Under the pieces are notes generated by a model. It was given only the letters and a program-made list of their open reading frames with translations. It was not told the DNA's origin and searched no databases. A program made the translations under genes and the position numbers. A DNA stretch of 39,050 nucleotides from an uncultured Candidatus Saccharibacteria bacterium (GTDB lineage: Bacteria > Patescibacteriota > Minisyncoccia > Minisyncoccales > GWA2-38-27). Below are positions 7,554 to 15,665 of the stretch, in pieces; position 1 is the stretch's first letter, and every line of letters begins with the position of its first letter. The stretch covers positions 1 through 39,050 of the forward strand of contig CAYYDH010000001.1 in assembly GCA_964470615.1 (NCBI GenBank), written 5' to 3'.

Positions 7554-9668
7554 CTATTTCCCGCAGCAGTAAAAGTTTATTTGATGCTTGCACTTTTGGG
7601 TTTCTCCGCCGGCAGCGTTTAAACAGTTATTCAAACACGTCTTATATTTTCCATTCAGGGCGACAGCATAAGGGGAAGCATCTCTCTGGATATCAGCTTG
7701 GGTCATATTGGTTTCTAAATAACATTGGTATAAACAATTCTGATAGTCTGTTTCTTCTAGACAGCACTTTTCAATGTCAGTTACCTCGCCGAGCGACCCA
7801 ATTGCTTCTATGCAACTTGGGAGTACCAGCTGTGGCTGATTTGGGTCTTCAACTAGTTTCTCAGGAGGAACGTCTGTGATGCAAGTTTTCATTTCAAAAC
7901 GAATAATTCTGTCTAGGTCGGCTAAAAGGTAAGGGACGACTTCGTCAACTATCGTTACAATCCCAATTCTTTCTTTTGGATCATTTTGCGGGCTAGCGCT
8001 ATTTTGCCCTGAGTTGTTGCCTTGTTGTTTCGGTGCGCTGACCACGCCAACTATTCCCTCTTGGTAGTTGCTATTATTTTGTTGGCCTTTGCCGTCAAAT
8101 ATCTCAACTATTTTTTGGAGCTGGTTTTTGATTTCGGTCTTCGGACAAGCGCCTTCAGGATATTGCCAGCTATTATCACCGCAACGTTTGGTGCACTGAC
8201 AGCAGCAATCGCCGGCCGGCCCGCAGTCGCAGCAAACTTCATCGCAAGGTTGGCAATCGCAGAAAGAATAACATCTCTGGGAGCTACACTGGCTAACTAA
8301 GACATGAAGATAATCAACTGCATTGTGTTCCTGCTCTCCTAAATTAATTAGTTTTTCTAACCTCTCAACAATTTTATTACCAAGCTTTTCAGACCGGTCA
8401 ATAATTTCTCCGATTGCTACTTCGGTGCAGTGCTCTTTCTCTCCTTGCGTTATGCCTTCGCCGAAATCAGGAGGGAGAAGAGACAGCTCTTCGGGCAAGA
8501 TTCCTGGTTGTTCTCCCAAGATGCTGCCGCTAATCGGGCAGTAGAGAGTGGCCCATTCTTGTAGCGGGTTTATCTTTTCCCAGAAACTAATATCTGCGAA
8601 TTGCCAGCCGTAAAAGTCGTAAAAATCTTTATTAAACAGAGTTTCGGCCAGAGAACTTAGCAGGTTCAACGGGCATTCCAGCATAAACTGCTTTGCTTCC
8701 TCTAGTTTCTTTATCTCTTCTTTTATCAAGCGTATTTCCTCATTAGCCTTTGTCAGTTCTTGGACTAAGCTAGTTTTGATAGTCGTTTGTTTGTTATCTT
8801 TGTCTTGTATCGTAATATTGGTGCCGAGAAAAAGAGCTTCTAGGTTTTTTTGTTCAAGCTCTTGGATTTTATCTCTGACCATATAGCAAGGATCGCTGGT
8901 GCAGCCAGGTTTGTCCCGGCAAACATTGTCTATACATCCTTCTCCGGGGTTATCCAGCCAGCAGCAGGGTTTAGGCTCTTTGCTCATATCAGAATTGTTG
9001 CAAGTGCACTGTTCAGTAAGTTTTTGGAGTTCTGTACTTTGATCTTTTAACAGTTGGCTAAGCGCCTTAACGCTGCTAGCAATATCCCGGATTCTTTCCA
9101 TTCTGGGCTTTCTTTTGCCTATTTCTGCTTGAGGCACCTGGCTTTCAAAAATACCCTTCTCGATTATTGTACCGAATGGGACCCTGGCGTCTATTACTGA
9201 ACGAACATTTGTCTGGGGAGGGTCAGGAAGCGGGATCGGGCTGGCAGTTGGACTTGGCGCCTCAATGGTTGGTATGGTCAAATTTGGGATGCTGGGGTTG
9301 ATTACCCTTAGCACTAAGACAGAACTGAATAGGATCAATAAGCCGAAAAAGACAGCAAAAAACTGATCTTTGGCTGATTTCATTTCCTCAGCCTTTCCAG
9401 AAGAAATGAGATAGCGGACGCCGGCAATAGTCAGCATTACCAAGGCTATTACTCCTGAAACCCAGATTAATAAGACAAAAATGTATTTTACAAAAGAATA
9501 AAGAATTTCTCCTTCGCTGACGCCTGTTTTTAAAAAGTCTTGAGGGGGGTCAGCGCCGAGAACACGTGGATAAGTTACTTCCAAGGCCAAAGCAAAATGA
9601 GTGGCAAAAAGCAAAAAGATAAGAAAAACAGAAAGAAATAGGATTTGTTTTTTGTGGCCTGCCTTCAT
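7554..9668 (-). CDS. T4SS-pilin-like N-terminal module fused to a large (about 570 aa) Cys-rich/coiled-coil domain
   Basis: N-module: signal peptide, LEVTYP, TM, SSGKAEEMKSAKDQF, TM, INPSIPNLT. At least three Cys-dense clusters follow, one with 14 Cys in 49 aa (nt 8142..8288). Confidence 0.6.
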   Translation of the reverse strand: MKAGHKKQILFLSVFLIFLLFATHFALALEVTYPRVLGADPPQDFLKTGVSEGEILYSFVKYIFVLLIWVSGVIALVMLTIAGVRYLISSGKAEEMKSAKDQFFAVFFGLLILFSSVLVLRVINPSIPNLTIPTIEAPSPTASPIPLPDPPQTNVRSVIDARVPFGTIIEKGIFESQVPQAEIGKRKPRMERIRDIASSVKALSQLLKDQSTELQKLTEQCTCNNSDMSKEPKPCCWLDNPGEGCIDNVCRDKPGCTSDPCYMVRDKIQELEQKNLEALFLGTNITIQDKDNKQTTIKTSLVQELTKANEEIRLIKEEIKKLEEAKQFMLECPLNLLSSLAETLFNKDFYDFYGWQFADISFWEKINPLQEWATLYCPISGSILGEQPGILPEELSLLPPDFGEGITQGEKEHCTEVAIGEIIDRSEKLGNKIVERLEKLINLGEQEHNAVDYLHVLVSQCSSQRCYSFCDCQPCDEVCCDCGPAGDCCCQCTKRCGDNSWQYPEGACPKTEIKNQLQKIVEIFDGKGQQNNSNYQEGIVGVVSAPKQQGNNSGQNSASPQNDPKERIGIVTIVDEVVPYLLADLDRIIRFEMKTCITDVPPEKLVEDPNQPQLVLPSCIEAIGSLGEVTDIEKCCLEETDYQNCLYQCYLETNMTQADIQRDASPYAVALNGKYKTCLNNCLNAAGGETQKCKHQINFYCCGK

Positions 9669-9685
9669 TTTTATAAAAAGTGTAT

Positions 9686-10147
9686 CTAAGTAGATTCTTC
9701 TGGTTCTGGGGTACTTTCTCCCCCGCTTTCAAAAACCATCTGGAAAATGACATCAAAGATCATAAACCCGCCGATAAAAACTAACCCGACGGCGTCAGCA
9801 ATCCAAAAATCATCTAATCCAAAACAGAGGAGAATTAGCCCCACCAAATCCAGAATCAGCGCCAAGGGGAATATTATTAAACCAACTGGGTTGGTAAAAC
9901 CACCCGGGGTGCTGTTTAAATGATAGTAGACAGCGATTGTCCAGGCCGGGGCAACGCCTCCCAAATAAGGGACTATTTCTGCTAAAAGTCCGAGCCCAAG
10001 CCTTTTGAGGAGCTTTGTTAAGAGTTTTTTAGCGCTTTTGGTTAAAACAACTTTGCCCCTGCCCTTTTTTTCTTCCTGTTCTGGACCGGCCTCAGGGGAC
10101 GTTTCAGCAGCACTTTGCGAAGTTTTTTCTTCTTTGTCGTCGGGCAT
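9686..10147 (-). CDS. small membrane protein with acidic termini (hypothetical, T4SS-operon member)
   Basis: 153 aa with a charged N-terminus, 3-4 hydrophobic segments and an acidic tail (GGESTPEPEEST). It is tightly packed between the VirB4 gene and the pilin-like genes. Confidence 0.5.
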   Translation of the reverse strand: MPDDKEEKTSQSAAETSPEAGPEQEEKKGRGKVVLTKSAKKLLTKLLKRLGLGLLAEIVPYLGGVAPAWTIAVYYHLNSTPGGFTNPVGLIIFPLALILDLVGLILLCFGLDDFWIADAVGLVFIGGFMIFDVIFQMVFESGGESTPEPEEST

Positions 10148-10152
10148 AGAGC

Positions 10153-11976
10153 TTATAACCCGCCCTCAAACTCCCTTTTTGCTTCTTTTATTCTGGCTAC
10201 TTCTTCGGGGGCGGTAGTAATGAGCTGATTCTCTGCGTAAGAAGCCACTACTTCAATTAACACTCTTTTCGGCCCTGCGATAAAGATCCCTTCACCCACC
10301 GGCGATTCTAAAAGTAAGAGTTTTTCTTCTTCGGTCAAGTTGAAGGCGCTTTTAACAGTATCAATGGTAGCAGTGCTTTGTTTCATCAAAAGTTTCAGCT
10401 CTGAATTATTTATGATTGGTTGGCCGTATTCAGATTTCATAAAGTCATTGACATCTTGAGTGACAGTGGTGACTCCCAGCCAATATTTTCTAGCTCTTTT
10501 CACTGTGCCGAAGAGAAAAGAGGCGCCATCCACGTTTTTTATCAGCCACCAGGCTTCGTCGATTATCAGCATCCTTCTTTTCATTTTCGAGGTAATGGTT
10601 TTCCAGATGTATCTTAAAACCATGAAAAGGGCCATTGGTCTAAGCTCGTCTTCCATGTCGCGGATGCCAAAAACAACAAAGCGGTTCTCAATGTTGATAT
10701 TAGAGGGCTGGTTGAAAAAACCAGAATACACTCCTTTAGTAAATCTTTGGATTCTTCTTACCAGAGAGTCTGTTCCTTCCATTGCAGAAAGGACTTCTTC
10801 TAAGTCGCTCATCGTTGGGAAGGGAAGCCCTTCTTTTTTGCCCCAGGTTGCAGGATCGGAATCTGGCGTTATATCCCTGGCTGCGTAAGTTTCAGTGATA
10901 GCAGTATCAATCATGCTGTCTTCTTCTGGTGTCAGCCCGCTTAACATTACTCGGATTAAACCTATCAGATTAACGATATTTGTTCTCAGGACGTCCTGAG
11001 GCATTTCCCCTTCTTTGGGCTGGGGTAGGTCGAAGGGATTAATATGGTTCGGCGATGAAAGAGAAATATTAAAGAAAGACCCTCCGACTGCATCAGAAAG
11101 GAACTTGTATTCATTTTCCGGATCAATTACCACCACATCAGTTCCCATCATCAAATACCTTAATATCTCCAACTTTATAGCATAGCTTTTGCCTCCGCCT
11201 GAAACTCCGAAAATAACCGAATTGGCATTGGCTAATGAGAATCGGTCAAAAAGCACGAGAGAGTTGTTATGGCGGTTGATTCCGTAGAGAATTCCTTCGT
11301 TGGAGCTTAGGTCAAAGGATACAAAAGGAAAGGAAGCAGAAAGCGGACTGGTATTCATTAAGGTGGTTACCATCAAGAGATCTAAAGCATAGGGGGAAGA
11401 ACAGGTAAATCCTTCTTTTTGCTGGTAAAGAGCGGGCTTAATGTATATTAGGCGAGATTCAAAGATTGAGCGTAGATTTGTTTCTACGTCTCTCAATTCT
11501 TCTTCATTGTCTCCGTAGACAGTAATGTACAAGCTGAAGCGGAACATTCTTTCTTGAGCGGTTTGAAGCTTGTCGCGCAGGTCTTCCAAATCCTGGTAAG
11601 CAACCTCTAGAGATGGGTCGCGAATCAATCCTTTTTCTTCCCTTTCTATTAGCTCAGCCTGGATCTCAGTAACCTTTTTACGGAGGTTTTTCAAAACCCT
11701 TTCGCTTTCAACCGGATGAAAGTGGAAAGAAATGTCTAAAGGCACATTCATGTTTATCAAGGGAGACAGCCAACCGGTATTCAAATATCGGGGATAGGAG
11801 AAAATAAAATAGGTTCGGGCCATTCTTTCACCCAGTTTCAGATAGTTTTGTTTCGCTTCAATAAAAGAAGGCGCGATAATATCGTTAATATTCAAGGGTT
11901 CTTCACTGGGAAGCGCCTCGTCGGCTCGTTTTGTTTTTGATAAAAAAGGAATCTTAAACATAATTTTACTATTCAA
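10153..11976 (-). CDS. VirB4/TrbE/PrgJ-type T4SS ATPase, ATPase (C-terminal) portion
   Basis: 607 aa with Walker A GVSGGGKSYAIK and Walker B RRMLIIDEAWW. The DUF87/AAA_10-like layout is typical of conjugative VirB4 ATPases. Confidence 0.85.
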   Translation of the reverse strand: MNSKIMFKIPFLSKTKRADEALPSEEPLNINDIIAPSFIEAKQNYLKLGERMARTYFIFSYPRYLNTGWLSPLINMNVPLDISFHFHPVESERVLKNLRKKVTEIQAELIEREEKGLIRDPSLEVAYQDLEDLRDKLQTAQERMFRFSLYITVYGDNEEELRDVETNLRSIFESRLIYIKPALYQQKEGFTCSSPYALDLLMVTTLMNTSPLSASFPFVSFDLSSNEGILYGINRHNNSLVLFDRFSLANANSVIFGVSGGGKSYAIKLEILRYLMMGTDVVVIDPENEYKFLSDAVGGSFFNISLSSPNHINPFDLPQPKEGEMPQDVLRTNIVNLIGLIRVMLSGLTPEEDSMIDTAITETYAARDITPDSDPATWGKKEGLPFPTMSDLEEVLSAMEGTDSLVRRIQRFTKGVYSGFFNQPSNINIENRFVVFGIRDMEDELRPMALFMVLRYIWKTITSKMKRRMLIIDEAWWLIKNVDGASFLFGTVKRARKYWLGVTTVTQDVNDFMKSEYGQPIINNSELKLLMKQSTATIDTVKSAFNLTEEEKLLLLESPVGEGIFIAGPKRVLIEVVASYAENQLITTAPEEVARIKEAKREFEGGL

Positions 11977-12598
11977 TTAATTCAGTTGGTATTTCTGGGT
12001 AATAACCTCTTTCTGCTTCAGTAGGATGGTATAGACTCCAGAACAATTCAATCAATTCTGGATTGTTCAAGGGAGCAGACCCTAAACCGCAGTTTCTTAA
12101 ACCATGCATGACAAATTCGACCCTTTGCATTAATTGGATTTTGGCGCGGGAGAAGCTTTCCTCGGTCAGAGCGGTTTTAACAAACCTTTTGGTCAGGTTG
12201 ATGCCCTGGGTTTCAGTAAGGAAAAAGGGCACAATGACATAAAAGGTTTTTTGCATAATCGTTCCTTCCTCTAATATTCCTTCTACGAAGTTATGATACT
12301 CGGATATTTGGAGCTTCAGCAAATCGTTATTTTCCCGACCTTCAATTTCTTTAAGCTTTGCTAGATACCCAGTCATATTAAGGCGCCTGGACTGGACAAG
12401 AATCTGGCAGGGAAAATCTAGCGAGTTCAGAAAGTTTTGGAATTGATAAATAATAGCATTTTGCTCGTCCTCTGATTTTAAGGCAAAGTTTAAAGACGGA
12501 ACTCCGATTACGGTCCTTAAGCTTTTGTCTTTTAAAATCAAAACTCCTTCTTTGATTTGCTCTATTTCTAAAAAGTCTTGGGTTGAAAGATTGGCCAT
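11969..12598 (-). CDS. VirB4 N-terminal-domain-like protein (a separate ORF overlapping the ATPase ORF by 8 nt)
   Basis: 209 aa. The pattern TQDFLEIEQIKEGVLILKD...VIGVPSLNFALKSEDEQNAIIYQFQNFLNSLDFPCQILVQS matches the N-terminal region of Gram-positive VirB4/TraE/PrgJ proteins. 209 + 607 aa is about the length of a full VirB4. Confidence 0.6.
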   Translation of the reverse strand: MANLSTQDFLEIEQIKEGVLILKDKSLRTVIGVPSLNFALKSEDEQNAIIYQFQNFLNSLDFPCQILVQSRRLNMTGYLAKLKEIEGRENNDLLKLQISEYHNFVEGILEEGTIMQKTFYVIVPFFLTETQGINLTKRFVKTALTEESFSRAKIQLMQRVEFVMHGLRNCGLGSAPLNNPELIELFWSLYHPTEAERGYYPEIPTELIE

Positions 12599-12599
12599 G

Positions 12600-13010
12600 C
12601 TATTTTTTTCTTGTTTCTAAGCGGGTGAACAGGTCGCCCAGCCGGCTTTTTTTAGAAACTCTTAAAGACGACTCTGCTGTTTGTATTTCTTCTGGTACTG
12701 GTGGCTTTTCGATAATAATCGGCGGAACATTTTTCTTTTTCCATAGGTAAACCTTTGGCTTAAAAAGAAAAAAGAACATATTTTTTATAAAAATCGGCAG
12801 TGGTATTTTTTCTACCTTCAAAAAGGCCAGGGCGCAGGCTATTCCCATGATAAAAATTGTTATGGCAATAAAAACCTGGAGAGATGGGATCATGAAATAA
12901 AGGAAAAGGCAAAACCCGCCAGCGCTTCCTACAAAGACAAACTGTTTAAAAGTTAATGGGCCGACTATTTTTCCCTCTTTTTCTATAAATTGGGGGACAG
13001 TGAAGTTCAT
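12600..13010 (-). CDS. PrgI-family (VirB3-like) small membrane protein
   Basis: 136 aa. The N-terminus VPQFIEKEGKIVGPLTFKQFVFV followed by two TM helices is the PrgI-family pattern. It sits immediately upstream of VirB4. Confidence 0.6.
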   Translation of the reverse strand: MNFTVPQFIEKEGKIVGPLTFKQFVFVGSAGGFCLFLYFMIPSLQVFIAITIFIMGIACALAFLKVEKIPLPIFIKNMFFFLFKPKVYLWKKKNVPPIIIEKPPVPEEIQTAESSLRVSKKSRLGDLFTRLETRKK

Positions 13011-13012
13011 AT

Positions 13013-13450
13013 TTATTCTATTGGTTCTCGATACGGATCATTTTTTGTTATTGTTTCTTTGGGCGGTTCAGGTTTTTCCTCTTGGCCCGTTGGCTTTATT
13101 TCAATTTCTGGAATTTCGCTTATTTTTGTTTGGTAAAGCGCCTCCAGACTTTCTCTAACTGGTAAGAAGATAGAATTGTTGATTCTCGCCGACAGTTGTT
13201 CAGCAACGTTTTTTTCCAGAATTAATTCCTTTTCAAAAACTTCGGCTAGTTCGCTTGGTAAGAGCAACCCCAGCAGGACATAGCCTGTTTGCTTGCTTAC
13301 TTCGAACATTACTTTCCCGTCGGTAATACCGACTTGGTTGCAGGCAGCGCCGATACTGACGCCTGATTTTTCAGCAAAGAGCACTTCCTGGAGATCCTTA
13401 GGGAGCTTATTGTATAAAATCCGAAGCTGTTCTTTAGGATAATTTGGCAT
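13013..13450 (-). CDS. hypothetical protein, first gene of the T4SS-like operon
   Basis: 145 aa with a helical domain and an acidic Pro/Glu tail. There is a 2-nt gap to the PrgI-like gene. No motif was recognised. Confidence 0.5.
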   Translation of the reverse strand: MPNYPKEQLRILYNKLPKDLQEVLFAEKSGVSIGAACNQVGITDGKVMFEVSKQTGYVLLGLLLPSELAEVFEKELILEKNVAEQLSARINNSIFLPVRESLEALYQTKISEIPEIEIKPTGQEEKPEPPKETITKNDPYREPIE

Positions 13451-13524
13451 TGCGGAAAACTAAAACAAGAAATGAAATAATTCGTTCCTTTATTTTATCA
13501 TAAACAAAAAAAGGCAACAAACTA

Positions 13525-13552
13525 TTGACAATCCTTCTTGGGGGGTTAAAGT
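13525..13552 (+). promoter_or_regulatory. candidate promoter of the greA transcription unit (long leader)
   Basis: TTGACA (13525..13530), a 16-nt spacer, then TAAAGT (13547..13552). It lies about 220 nt upstream of the greA ATG. Confidence 0.4.
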
Positions 13553-13730
13553 GAAAGCAGAGACACCAACATGGCAGATCAAGCAAGAAAAATCTATAGC
13601 ATCGCCATTTTTAGGACTATTATTCTTAATGGTGTGTTTTGCATCATCAGTGTAAAACCATCAATCCTATTAAGCGGGGAGGTCTCATTACCAAATATTA
13701 GTTAACATCTTAAGTCTAATTTGGAACCCG

Positions 13731-13755
13731 AGAGCCTCCCCAAAAGGGAGGCTCT
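13731..13755 (+). promoter_or_regulatory. 10-bp GC-rich hairpin in the greA leader (possible attenuator)
   Basis: AGAGCCTCCC-CAAAA-GGGAGGCTCT, a perfect stem. It is followed by UAGUUCUAAUAAAAAC and ends 16 nt before the ATG at 13772. Confidence 0.4.
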
Positions 13756-13771
13756 TAGTTCTAATAAAAAC

Positions 13772-14284
13772 ATGGACACAAAAAAAGCAGTTGAAGAAAA
13801 TAAGGCGGACGGAAAGAGGTTTTATCTCACCAAGCAAGGTCTGGAGAAAATGAAAAAAGAGTATCAAAAGCTCCTGGCTTTGAAGAACCTAAAAACAAGA
13901 AGCGGGGCTCCGGCTATCTTTCATTCTGAAGAGCTGGATCCTGAATACATGGCTTATTTCGAAGATATTGATTTACTGAAAGTGAAAATTGCTGATTTGG
14001 ATTATATAATAAAGAATGTCCAGATAATTAAAGCGCCCAATAAGAAAAGCCAGACTGAGATTAGTTTAGGAGCCAAAGTTTTAGTTCAAATAGACGGAGA
14101 GAATAACGATGAATTTGAAATTGTCGGTACGTTGGAAGCAAACCCGGCGCTAGGCAGAATTTCTAACGAATCCCCAGTGGGCCGGACCTTTTTAGGTCAT
14201 AAAGCTGGAGATCAGTTTGTAATTTCTTCTCCTATCAAGACGACTTATAAGATAAAGAAGATTATTTATCCTAAAGAAATCTAA
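13772..14284 (+). CDS. greA: transcription elongation factor GreA
   Basis: It has an N-terminal coiled-coil (LTKQGLEKMKKEYQKL) and the C-terminal Gre motif ISNESPVGRTFLGHKAGDQF. I prefer the ATG at 13772 over the track's TTG at 13721, because 13721..13771 is occupied by the hairpin. Confidence 0.8.
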   Translation: MDTKKAVEENKADGKRFYLTKQGLEKMKKEYQKLLALKNLKTRSGAPAIFHSEELDPEYMAYFEDIDLLKVKIADLDYIIKNVQIIKAPNKKSQTEISLGAKVLVQIDGENNDEFEIVGTLEANPALGRISNESPVGRTFLGHKAGDQFVISSPIKTTYKIKKIIYPKEI

Positions 14285-14287
14285 CCT

Positions 14288-14818
14288 ATGATTAGAAGGA
14301 TTTTTGGTGGCCAGGAGATTGTAATAAGAAAAATCTCAAAAAAAGATCTTGGCAAAGCGAAGGAGTTCTCGGATTTTATCAACTCTTTTGTAAAGGAAGA
14401 TGCTAAAGTTTTGATAAACAAAAAGCAAACCTTAGCTGAAGAAAAAAGCTGGTTAAAAAGCAACCTTAAGGATCAGAACTCAAAAAGAGTTAACTTAGTA
14501 GCTGAGCATAAAGACAAAATTGTCGGCAGCGCTCGCGTAGAATCTGGCCGCTGGCGTAAATCTCACGTCGGAGAGTTCGGGATAACCATTAGAAGCGGCT
14601 ACCGCGGTATTGGGCTAGGAAAGTACTTGGCTTCAGAAACTATTAAGCTAGCCAGGAAAGAATTAGGCGTGAAAATTATCAGGCTTTGCGTTTACTCTGA
14701 TAACAAACCGGCCATTTCCCTTTATAAAAAACTCGGCTTCAAAAAAGTAGCCGAAATACCAGAACAAATTCAATATAAAGGAAAATTAATAAGCGAGCTG
14801 ATAATGCTTTTGTTTTAA
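14288..14818 (+). CDS. GNAT family N-acetyltransferase
   Basis: 176 aa with the acetyl-CoA-binding motif RSGYRGIGLGKYL and the GNAT-type beta strands. Confidence 0.85.
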   Translation: MIRRIFGGQEIVIRKISKKDLGKAKEFSDFINSFVKEDAKVLINKKQTLAEEKSWLKSNLKDQNSKRVNLVAEHKDKIVGSARVESGRWRKSHVGEFGITIRSGYRGIGLGKYLASETIKLARKELGVKIIRLCVYSDNKPAISLYKKLGFKKVAEIPEQIQYKGKLISELIMLLF

Positions 14819-14834
14819 TTTTGTTCTTAGGCGG

Positions 14835-14855
14835 CAGGGGTTTCCCCTGTTTTTT
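14835..14855 (+). terminator. intrinsic terminator after the GNAT gene
   Basis: CAGGGG-TTT-CCCCTG followed by TTTTTTG. Confidence 0.7.
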
Positions 14856-14857
14856 GT

Positions 14858-14885
14858 TTGAAAAAGAACGGATAAGTGGTAATAT
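14858..14885 (+). promoter_or_regulatory. extended -10 promoter ending 6 nt before the esterase ATG
   Basis: TTGAAA (14858..14863), a 16-nt spacer, then TGgTAATAT (14877..14885). The ATG is at 14892 and no Shine-Dalgarno sequence lies between. Confidence 0.45.
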
Positions 14886-14891
14886 TTTAGT

Positions 14892-15665
14892 ATGGAAGAG
14901 CAAAGAAAAATGAAAGGCGCTGAACCGATTTTTATCGATAAAAAAGCCAAAATGGGCGTTTTAATGCTGCATGGCTTTACCAGCACGCCCTATCAGTTTC
15001 GAGAAATGGCAAAATACATGGCTGACAAAGGGCTAACTGTTTATGCTCCCTTGATTGCCGGGCATGGAACCTCGCCTGCCGATTTGAAAAATACTACACC
15101 GGATGACTGGAAGAAATCAGTCAAAGTCGCTTATCTTAAATTGAAAAGCAAAACCGGCAAAATTGTTATCGTCGGCAACTCTTTTGGCGGGAATCTGGCT
15201 TTCTGGTTAGCTAAGCATTTTAATAACTCGGTTACCGGAGTGGTTTCTTTGGGTACGCCGATTACTTTAAGATATCAATGGATTATCAAGGCAAGATATT
15301 ATCTTTACGGTTGGGCCAAGGAGTACTATCAGAAGCCCAAAAGAATCTACAAAACAGATTATACCGATATGGTTGATGAAATAACGTATCCGGCAATTCC
15401 CATTAAAAGCGTAAAAGAGTTCTTAGATTTTTTGAAAAACGAAACAATTCCTAATCTGAAGAAAATCACTGTCCCCACTTTTATTATCCATGCTAACGTC
15501 GATCCAGTGGTAAATCCGGAAAGCGCAGCCTATATCCACCAGCACTTGGGCTCAACCCATAAAATGATTTATTTCTTTGATAGTGACCAACACGTTGTTT
15601 TTAACGATAAGCGCAAGGAAGAATTATTTCACAGAATTTATAATTTCATTAAGGAAGTAACATGA
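14892..15665 (+). CDS. alpha/beta-hydrolase carboxylesterase (Est/YvaK-like)
   Basis: 257 aa with LMLHGFTSTP, the nucleophile elbow GNSFGG and a C-terminal His region. From memory it is colinear with Geobacillus-type Est carboxylesterases. Confidence 0.85.
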   Translation: MEEQRKMKGAEPIFIDKKAKMGVLMLHGFTSTPYQFREMAKYMADKGLTVYAPLIAGHGTSPADLKNTTPDDWKKSVKVAYLKLKSKTGKIVIVGNSFGGNLAFWLAKHFNNSVTGVVSLGTPITLRYQWIIKARYYLYGWAKEYYQKPKRIYKTDYTDMVDEITYPAIPIKSVKEFLDFLKNETIPNLKKITVPTFIIHANVDPVVNPESAAYIHQHLGSTHKMIYFFDSDQHVVFNDKRKEELFHRIYNFIKEVT

